From a virus (taxonomy: Duplodnaviria > Caudoviricetes): 64,000 nt of DNA. Position numbers and translations under genes: made by a program. The stretch spans positions 86,391 to 150,390 of the IMG/VR virus record IMGVR_UViG_3300032280_000642, one strand, 5' to 3'. A model generated the notes under the pieces. The model was not told the origin of the DNA. It saw only the letters and a program-made list of their open reading frames with translations, and made no database searches. Every line of letters starts with the position of its first letter. The stretch's first letter is position 1. Shown here in pieces: positions 56,563 through 64,000 of the stretch.

Positions 56563-58158
56563 ATGAGTTATAGTTACGATAAATTTTTAAGACCAATTAC
56601 TGAATCAGATAAAAGTATCAAAATTTTAGATGATACTAATGATATTAAATATACAATAGATCCATTTGTTATTACAAATGTTGCTGCTATTAATAATATA
56701 TTAAGAATAAGTTTAAGATCTTTAAAAGTTATACTACTAAGTTTTTCAAGTAAAAATGAGGCAAAGATTGCATTAACCAGATTACAACAACAAATTGATA
56801 CTTTAACTAATAAAGTTCCAATTTTAATAGATAAAGATATTCAAAATTATATACAATATCAAATTGAACAAATTGGTATTATTGTTGGACCTACTGGACC
56901 ACAAGGAACAACCGGTTCTATCGGACCAAAAGGAACAACCGGTTCTATTGGTTCCACCGGTTCTATTGGTCCTACCGGATCACAAGGTGCCACCGGATCT
57001 GCTGATAGATATGCCGCAACATCAAGTACAACACTTGAAACTCCTGTTGTTGGACAAGTTGTTGATTTAGTAACACAAACAGATTTGGCTTATAGTACTG
57101 CACAAAATGTTGTAATTTATAGTGATTTACCTAATTTATATAATTCTGATTATGAAACTGATGGCTCTTACTTCGTAGGACAAATTGATTATTATGATAC
57201 ACAAACTGGTGATATGTCATTAGTAACTACATTTTCATCAGGTTCTGGAACTTATAGTTTCTGGTATCTTAATCTAAGTGGTATGGTTACAGATGCTGCA
57301 ACTAGTTCAGTACCGTTAGACTTAACAAATTTAACAACTGATATTATCCCTGCAATTGATAGTCAGTATAGTTTAGGAACAAGTGCATCACAATGGAAAA
57401 GTTTACACGTTTCTGGACAAACAATTTATATTGGAGGTCTTCCTTTATCAACTGATGGTCAATCATTAGTTGTAAATAGTATTAATTTAGGTACAACTGC
57501 TTCTCCTTTTATATTATCTTCAAGTAATGATAGTTTAATAATAAACGGTGTAACAGGTTCTAGTGGTACATCTGGTACTTCTGGTGCAGATGGTACTTCA
57601 GGTATAGACGGAATTGATGGAATCGATGGATCTTCTGGTACATCTGGATCTTCTGGTACATCTGGTGTTAATGGATTCCAAGGATTACCTGGTAGTTCTG
57701 GTACAAGTGGTACTTCTGGTTCTATTGGGCCACAAGGAGCAACTGGACCTCAAGGCATACAGGGTATTCAGGGTGTAACTGGTTCTAACGGAATCCCTCC
57801 TACTATAGGAAGTTGGAACTTATCTACAGGTGCAAATACTGTTAGTTTTACAGTTGATGCTGGTCAATCATATGTTATGTGGGTAAATGGAAATATTCCA
57901 AATGGTATTGTTAATTGGAATGCAACAGTAACACTATCAAACTCAAATGTACCTGTAATAGGTACACAATATGGTTGGTATTATCTTGCAGGAAATGCTT
58001 TGGTTTTGACATCAATACCAAGTCAGATAGTTGGAACTCCAGGAACTATTATTACCTCATCTCCAGCGATTTCAAACTCAAACACATTTACATTTGGTAT
58101 AACTAATAATAGTGGTTCATCTCAAATAGTATATTATGGATATGTTAAAATAAGTTAA
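56563..58158 (+). CDS. collagen-like (Gly-X-X) tail fibre protein
   Basis: GPTGPQG and GTSG repeats; YSLG..QWKSLHVSG. Confidence 0.7.
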   Translation: MSYSYDKFLRPITESDKSIKILDDTNDIKYTIDPFVITNVAAINNILRISLRSLKVILLSFSSKNEAKIALTRLQQQIDTLTNKVPILIDKDIQNYIQYQIEQIGIIVGPTGPQGTTGSIGPKGTTGSIGSTGSIGPTGSQGATGSADRYAATSSTTLETPVVGQVVDLVTQTDLAYSTAQNVVIYSDLPNLYNSDYETDGSYFVGQIDYYDTQTGDMSLVTTFSSGSGTYSFWYLNLSGMVTDAATSSVPLDLTNLTTDIIPAIDSQYSLGTSASQWKSLHVSGQTIYIGGLPLSTDGQSLVVNSINLGTTASPFILSSSNDSLIINGVTGSSGTSGTSGADGTSGIDGIDGIDGSSGTSGSSGTSGVNGFQGLPGSSGTSGTSGSIGPQGATGPQGIQGIQGVTGSNGIPPTIGSWNLSTGANTVSFTVDAGQSYVMWVNGNIPNGIVNWNATVTLSNSNVPVIGTQYGWYYLAGNALVLTSIPSQIVGTPGTIITSSPAISNSNTFTFGITNNSGSSQIVYYGYVKIS

Positions 58159-58224
58159 TAAAGATTTTGGATAGTTTGACTTGTAATTTTTTATATATAG
58201 TTATATAAAAATATTTATAAGAAA

Positions 58225-61200
58225 ATGAGTTATAGTAGTGGTAATTTCTTAAAGCCAATTGGTTCCGATAAAAACATTAAATTATATGATGATAATGGTA
58301 GTTTAACTTATACAGTTAAACCTACCTTCATAACTGATGTCACACCAGATACAAATATTTTAAAAATCACTTTAAAAAGTGGTAAATTAATATCATTGGA
58401 TTTTATAAATGATAGTGATCCAATAACTGCACAAAGTAAATTACAACAACGAATTGCCATACTATTACAAACTAATGATTATGTTGATAATGCAACACAA
58501 AGTACTATTGGATATGTAACAGCACCTTATAGTTATGATACTTTTTTAAGACCTTTAACCGCGTCTGATAGAAATATTAAAATATTAACTAGAGATCTAA
58601 TAGTTAAATATACTATTGATCCATTTAACGTTATAAATACCAGAGTAGTTGCAAATATAATTAGAATTAGTTTAAAAAGTTTAAAATCAATAGATTTAGA
58701 GTTTTCAACATCAAATGAATCGAAAATAGCTTTAACAAGATTACAAGAACAGATTGATATATTAATTATAAAAACACCTTTTCTAATTGATAGAGATGTA
58801 CAAAACTATGTAACTAATGTAATTGATACACTTACTACATCTGCAACATTTAGCTCATTGGCAACAAGTAATTTTAACTTAATACCAATTACAACTCCTT
58901 TAAATCCAACTGGTGGTGCTATGTATTATGATGGTACACATTCATATATCTATACAAATAATAATTGGGTACAATTAGACTCACCTAATGATCCTAATAT
59001 TATATATGTTAGTAAAATAGGTGGTGACTTCACTTCTATTAAAGCAGCAGTTGATTCAATTACAGATTCATCAGATCAAAATAGATATTTGATTTCTGTT
59101 GGACCTGGTATTTTTGAAGAAGATGAAATAGATTTTACAGGAAAATCTTTTATAAGTATTGTTGGTAGTGATATACAAATTACACAAGTTGTTCCTAATA
59201 CTCCAAATCAAGATTTATTTATATGTAATGATGGTATATATATATCACATCTAACTATAATGGGTGTAGGCCCCGGACATGCGGCAATTGTTTGTGAAGA
59301 TTTAGATGGATTTGCTCTTATACATAAGATATCAATGTATGATTGTGATACTATGGTATTAGTAAGAGGTATTACTAAAGATACATCTTTTTTTGGTGAG
59401 TATATTGATTTTAATGGAGAATATTCATATGGTATGAAAGTTGAATCTGAAAATGGAGTATTGGCATTTGCAAATTGTGAAAATTATTATACTGAAGCAG
59501 GTTTAACAGGTTCTATATCAAATTGGATAAGTGGTACAAATTCATCTATCAATGTTTCTGTAGGATCTAGTATCGGAGTTCTTGCTTCAGATTCTGCTTT
59601 TTATGGACAAAAGGGTGCTAATATAAATGTATCTTCTTTTGAAATTAGTAATTCTACTAAAGGATTTGAAATTGTAAATGTTGGTACTGCATCAAGATTT
59701 ACATTAAACTCAGTTTCTATAAAAGATTGTGAATGTGATTTTTTTATTGAACATCCTAATACTTTTGGAACATTTCAAGGAAGTAGCTCACATGAAAAAA
59801 TTGTTAATAATAGTAATAATATATTTTGGTCATTCTTAGATATAGATGATGGAGAGCTTGATATTACAAGAAAAATATCTATAACATATGGTGATGGAAC
59901 TCATACTGATTTATCAACACTTATTTTTGAAGGTTCTGGAATGGGTGTTCTAGCAGGAGGTGAAATATCAACATATTCAGGTCTGACAATAAGCATAGCA
60001 AGTGGATATGGTTACTTAATAAGTGCAGTAAGTGGAAATGTAATAAGATCTGATTGGGAGGAAACTTTATTTCAAGTAACAGATAACTCAGCTATGTATA
60101 TTTATATTAATCAAAATCTTTTATTTTCACAAGCTTCTTCATTACCTAATGTAAGTAACAATATTATTTTAGGTAGAGTAGTAACTCAAGATAATGAAAT
60201 AGTTCTAATTGATAGAAGTAATATAGATGCAAAAAATGCAGTAAATGCAGTAAACTTATTTAATAGAGAAGCATTAGGACCAATTTACAAAGATGGTTCA
60301 TTAGTAACAGAGGTTTCAAATTTCAGTTTAGATATTGAAAGTGGTTCTTATTATTTTGGTAGTAAAAACTATATACCATCCGGAGGTACAGGAATAACAT
60401 TTAGTCAATTTACATTAGTTGGTATGGATTGGATTATAGAAGAAGCTAATTTAGTTACTAATTTATATGATAACGGTACTGAACTAACTGGAATGTCCGC
60501 ATCATATTTTACTAAACATACATTATATATAAATGGTGATGGAGATACAGAAAAATACTTTTTAGTTGTAGGTCAAGAACAATATAGTGCCGAAATTGAT
60601 GTTGAAGGTGCAAATCTTCCCGTACCACCAAACTATTTTGAGGATGCAGTAGTTCCAATTGCAAGTATCATTATTAAAGAAGGTGATACATCAATATATA
60701 AAATAATTGATATTAGACCAATTATTGGTTTTAAGGCAACTGGTGTAAATGCTTCTTCAACACATGCCAATCTACAAGGATTATCTAATGATGATCATCT
60801 TCAGTATTTATTAGTGAATGGTAATAGACCAATGCAAAATAATTTAGTTATGGCAAGTAACTCAATTACTGGAGTAGGACAAGTAAATGGAGTAACAATA
60901 GAAAGTCATGCCTCAAGACATTTACCAAATAGTGGCGCAGATGCTTTAGCAACTGGAGTTCCAGAATCAATTGGAACAACTAATCAAGAAGGTATTCAAA
61001 ATGCGTTTGCAAGACAAGATCATATTCACGCACACGGTAATCAATTAGGAGGAACTTTACACGCAACTGCATCTCAATCAACGTCTGGTTTTATGTCTGC
61101 ACAAGACAAGTTAGATCTTGATGCTATAAAAAATACTTATATCAGTAAGATAGGTAGTTCATCACAATTATTATCAGCTACTGGTTCGATTGTTGGTATA

Positions 61201-61893
61201 GGTGCTGGACTTACTATGTCAATTGGTGGAACATTATCAGTTATTGCAGGTATTGGTGCAACTGGTGCAACAGGTCCGGCTGGTGCAAGAGGTGCTACTG
61301 GTCCTAGTGGAACATCTGGTGTATCTGGTGCAAATGGTACTTCCGGTACTTCCGGTACTTCCGGTACTTCCGGTGCAGATGGTCCACCAGGTCCACCAGG
61401 TACAGGAGGAGAAAGTATTTCATATCAATATATACAAGGTACTATAGAAGATTTAGTAGAAAGTACACTTGTAAAACTATCTGGTAGTGTAACCTATGAT
61501 AATGAAGATATATATGAACGATATAAATTAAAGGGCCAAGCATCATTTAAAGACACTAGTACAGTATATGCACTATTAGTTGGAGTTATCTCAATTCCTG
61601 AAGGTGCAAAAATAATAAATACCACTAATTCATCAACAGTAGTTGCACAAAATGTAAATACATTTGTGAATACAATGACACCATTTACCACAAATGGATT
61701 GGTTAGAGCTTCTATTACTGGTGATATAATACCACTAACAAGTGCATTTTTTATACTAGATAATAGTATTGCTAGGGAACGTGATTATTTTATAACATTA
61801 TTTGCTAGTTCTACTGAAACATTTTCTGGTTATGTAGAAATTGATTTAGAAATACTAATTACTGATAGATCAGAAGTAACATACTCAAACTAA
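58225..61893 (+). CDS. large tail fibre/tailspike-like protein (beta-helix plus Gly-X-X)
   Basis: Two copies of the N-terminal module of 56563; IYVSK.GGDFTSIKAAVD..V.PG.F.E; DDHLQYL; ARQDHIH; GFMSAQDK. Confidence 0.7.
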   Translation: MSYSSGNFLKPIGSDKNIKLYDDNGSLTYTVKPTFITDVTPDTNILKITLKSGKLISLDFINDSDPITAQSKLQQRIAILLQTNDYVDNATQSTIGYVTAPYSYDTFLRPLTASDRNIKILTRDLIVKYTIDPFNVINTRVVANIIRISLKSLKSIDLEFSTSNESKIALTRLQEQIDILIIKTPFLIDRDVQNYVTNVIDTLTTSATFSSLATSNFNLIPITTPLNPTGGAMYYDGTHSYIYTNNNWVQLDSPNDPNIIYVSKIGGDFTSIKAAVDSITDSSDQNRYLISVGPGIFEEDEIDFTGKSFISIVGSDIQITQVVPNTPNQDLFICNDGIYISHLTIMGVGPGHAAIVCEDLDGFALIHKISMYDCDTMVLVRGITKDTSFFGEYIDFNGEYSYGMKVESENGVLAFANCENYYTEAGLTGSISNWISGTNSSINVSVGSSIGVLASDSAFYGQKGANINVSSFEISNSTKGFEIVNVGTASRFTLNSVSIKDCECDFFIEHPNTFGTFQGSSSHEKIVNNSNNIFWSFLDIDDGELDITRKISITYGDGTHTDLSTLIFEGSGMGVLAGGEISTYSGLTISIASGYGYLISAVSGNVIRSDWEETLFQVTDNSAMYIYINQNLLFSQASSLPNVSNNIILGRVVTQDNEIVLIDRSNIDAKNAVNAVNLFNREALGPIYKDGSLVTEVSNFSLDIESGSYYFGSKNYIPSGGTGITFSQFTLVGMDWIIEEANLVTNLYDNGTELTGMSASYFTKHTLYINGDGDTEKYFLVVGQEQYSAEIDVEGANLPVPPNYFEDAVVPIASIIIKEGDTSIYKIIDIRPIIGFKATGVNASSTHANLQGLSNDDHLQYLLVNGNRPMQNNLVMASNSITGVGQVNGVTIESHASRHLPNSGADALATGVPESIGTTNQEGIQNAFARQDHIHAHGNQLGGTLHATASQSTSGFMSAQDKLDLDAIKNTYISKIGSSSQLLSATGSIVGIGAGLTMSIGGTLSVIAGIGATGATGPAGARGATGPSGTSGVSGANGTSGTSGTSGTSGADGPPGPPGTGGESISYQYIQGTIEDLVESTLVKLSGSVTYDNEDIYERYKLKGQASFKDTSTVYALLVGVISIPEGAKIINTTNSSTVVAQNVNTFVNTMTPFTTNGLVRASITGDIIPLTSAFFILDNSIARERDYFITLFASSTETFSGYVEIDLEILITDRSEVTYSN

Positions 61894-61909
61894 AAAATAA
61901 ATAAAAATA

Positions 61910-62350
61910 ATGGCAGAATCACTACAAAAAGATACAATAAATAGGTATTTTTCAAAAATATTATCAGAACCAGAATTTGCTGAATTTAAAAAGAAACTAA
62001 GTGCTAAATTACTTTCTTATAAATTTCCATTGGAAATTTGTCTATCTTCTAGTTATCAAGATACTAGTACATTATTGGGTACATTAACATTTGAGGAATT
62101 GGATATTAATGACTACCCAACATATAGTGGAGATGTTGTAAAATCTGAAGGATTTGGGATCCCATTAACTATTACTTATTCTACTATACTAATTTTTTAT
62201 AGGGGTAGATGGATCTTTACACTTACACAACCTAAAGATGAAGAAGCTTTAGATATTATAATCAGTAGTGAACGTACAACTTCTTTAGATCCTACTAAAG
62301 TAGATTATAGTGGAATAAGTAGACCTACTGCTGGAGCATGTCGTAGGTAA
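61910..62350 (+). CDS. hypothetical protein
   Basis: ORF. Confidence 0.6.
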   Translation: MAESLQKDTINRYFSKILSEPEFAEFKKKLSAKLLSYKFPLEICLSSSYQDTSTLLGTLTFEELDINDYPTYSGDVVKSEGFGIPLTITYSTILIFYRGRWIFTLTQPKDEEALDIIISSERTTSLDPTKVDYSGISRPTAGACRR

Positions 62351-62388
62351 GTTTTTAATTTGGAATATACATTTTTTATATATAGTGT

Positions 62389-64000
62389 ATGGATTTATCA
62401 GGTATTCCTTTTGGTAGGTTAGTTCAAGTAATAGATGGACTATATTATGATGGCTACGGTAATTTATTAAATATTGGTGCAGGTATAACTTTTTCAGGTG
62501 GTACTGGTTCTGGTATACCTGGAACTTCAGGTACATCTGGTACATCGGGCAGTGGTACAGGAACAGGTACATCCGGTTCTAGTGGCACATCCGGTATTAA
62601 TGGTTCTAGTGGCACATCCGGTATTAATGGTTCTAGTGGTACATCCGGTTCTTCTGGTACATCCGGTATTAATGGTTCTTCTGGTACATCCGGAACACGT
62701 GGTACATCAGGTTCTTCTGGAACATCTGGTGTTGGAACTCCTGGTGCTACTGGTTCAACTGGAACAAGTGGTAGTAGTGGAACATCAGGAATAAATGGTT
62801 CTAGTGGAACAAGTGGTAGTAGTGGAACATCAGGAATAAATGGTTCTAGTGGAACAAGTGGTGTTAATGGTGCAGGTGGTGCACTAGGTTACTATGGTGC
62901 ATTTTATAGTGATCAAAATCAATTAAATCCAACTGCTAGTATTGCAAGAACAATGACATTAAATGGTACTTATGAGACCAACGGTGTTTCTATTGTAGCA
63001 AATACTAAAATGACATTTTCTAATCCAGGTACTTATAATATACAATTTTCAACTGTATTTAATAAAAGTAATTCAAGTACTGGAACTGTAGATATTTGGT
63101 TTGTAAAAAATGGTATTTATATAACACAATCTAATACTCAGTTTAATGTTGCAGGACAAGCTCAAACAATTGCTTCTTGGAATTTTATCAATACGGTAAA
63201 TGCAAATGATTTTATTGAATTATATTGGAGTTCTTCTGATACAACAGTAACTATTTTAGCAACTGGTACTCAATCAGGTCCTAATCGTCCTGCAGTTCCA
63301 TCAGTTATTTTAACTGCACAACAAGTTATGTACACTCAACTTGGACCAACTGGTTCTAGTGGAACTTCTGGAACCGATGGAACAAGTGGAACTGATGGGA
63401 CCTCTGGAACTGATGGAACTTCTGGAACTGATGGAACTTCTGGAACTGACGGAACTTCTGGAACTGATGGAACTTCTGGAACTGATGGAACTTCTGGAAC
63501 TGATGGAACAAGTGGAGAAAGTGGAACTTCCGGTACTGACGGGACTTCCGGTACTGATGGGACCTCTGGAACTGATGGGACCTCTGGAACTGATGGAACT
63601 TCTGGAACTGATGGAACTTCTGGAACTGACGGAACTTCTGGAACTGACGGAACTTCTGGAACTGATGGAACCTCTGGTACTGACGGGACTTCTGGAACCG
63701 ATGGAACCTCTGGTACTGATGGAACTTCTGGTACTGACGGAACCTCTGGTACTGACGGAACCTCTGGTACTGACGGGACTTCTGGAACCGATGGAACCTC
63801 TGGTACTGACGGAACTTCTGGAACTGATGGAACAAGTGGAGAAAGTGGAACTTCCGGTACTGACGGAACCTCTGGTACTGACGGAACCTCTGGTACTGAC
63901 GGAACCTCTGGTACTGACGGAACCTCTGGTACTGACGGAACCTCTGGTACTGACGGGACTTCTGGAACCGATGGAACCTCTGGTACTGACGGAACTTCTG
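62389..64000 (+). CDS. Gly-Thr-Ser/Gly-Thr-Asp repeat fibre protein with internal C1q/BclA-like domain (runs off the window; missing from the track)
   Basis: Hand translation [17 protein letters not shown]...GTSG repeats...[35 protein letters not shown]..then (GTSGTD)n with no stop. Confidence 0.8.
   Translation, partial: MDLSGIPFGRLVQVIDGLYYDGYGNLLNIGAGITFSGGTGSGIPGTSGTSGTSGSGTGTGTSGSSGTSGINGSSGTSGINGSSGTSGSSGTSGINGSSGTSGTRGTSGSSGTSGVGTPGATGSTGTSGSSGTSGINGSSGTSGSSGTSGINGSSGTSGVNGAGGALGYYGAFYSDQNQLNPTASIARTMTLNGTYETNGVSIVANTKMTFSNPGTYNIQFSTVFNKSNSSTGTVDIWFVKNGIYITQSNTQFNVAGQAQTIASWNFINTVNANDFIELYWSSSDTTVTILATGTQSGPNRPAVPSVILTAQQVMYTQLGPTGSSGTSGTDGTSGTDGTSGTDGTSGTDGTSGTDGTSGTDGTSGTDGTSGTDGTSGESGTSGTDGTSGTDGTSGTDGTSGTDGTSGTDGTSGTDGTSGTDGTSGTDGTSGTDGTSGTDGTSGTDGTSGTDGTSGTDGTSGTDGTSGTDGTSGTDGTSGTDGTSGESGTSGTDGTSGTDGTSGTDGTSGTDGTSGTDGTSGTDGTSGTDGTSGTDGTS
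63361..64000 (+). repeat. coding 18-nt tandem repeat GGRACYTCYGGWACYGAY (GTSGTD)
   Basis: About 35 units; variation almost only at third codon positions. Confidence 0.92.

Noticed and set aside
298-62794. Short antisense or off-frame ORFs in the track (e.g. 298..585, 913..1128, 2373..2609, 6833..7057, 9267..9518, 13812..14889 set, 28296..28580, 31941..32156, 51221..51597, 62498..62794)
   Set aside because: They lie wholly or mostly over well-supported genes and have shadow-like composition
63356-64000. Regular repeats as a CRISPR array, and the minus-strand FQKFHQ ORF
   Set aside because: There are no unique spacers and variation is confined to synonymous positions of the plus-strand GTSGTD frame; the minus ORF is its shadow
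1-64000. Alternative genetic code (TAG or TGA recoding) as in some large phages
   Set aside because: Conserved genes are full length in code 11 and coding density is high; the polB break is at a TAA followed by a terminator

Overview
A 64 kb segment of a very AT-rich, densely coding jumbo or huge tailed dsDNA phage with T4-like replication genes, read in genetic code 11. The host is most likely a Bacteroidota: there are five TTG/TTTG-N19-20-TATATTTG host-type promoters, A-rich starts without Shine-Dalgarno motifs, and a small Hc1/histone-H1-like gene. Recognisable genes: GH19 endolysin, the N-terminal half of a split family-B DNA polymerase, DinG-like and DnaB/gp41-like helicases, class Ia NrdA, a Ro60/TROVE protein, a DNA methyltransferase, RuvC-like resolvase, RecA/UvsX, three free-standing homing-endonuclease-like genes, a cluster of nucleotide-handling enzymes, M28-like peptidase, PhoH, and large virion/tail-fibre proteins with Gly-X-X repeats. 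Best candidate for a new system: two non-coding, end-paired RNAs (about 61 and 221 nt) that share a TAGCAAA..CTAA..GATAC(A/T)TCG motif. They have their own promoter and terminator directly upstream of the Ro60 gene and look like an unusual Y-RNA class. Other hidden patterns: (1) three separable promoter classes; (2) an N-terminal capsid-targeting-like tag on about 17 late proteins; (3) an R-x-x-K-(L/I)-x-x-L tag on about 12 early/middle proteins; (4) a 78-aa mini-protein resembling the C-terminus of a gp23-type capsid protein; (5) an mRNA whose 5' and 3' ends are complementary over 12 nt. All calls were made by eye; no database search or folding program was run.
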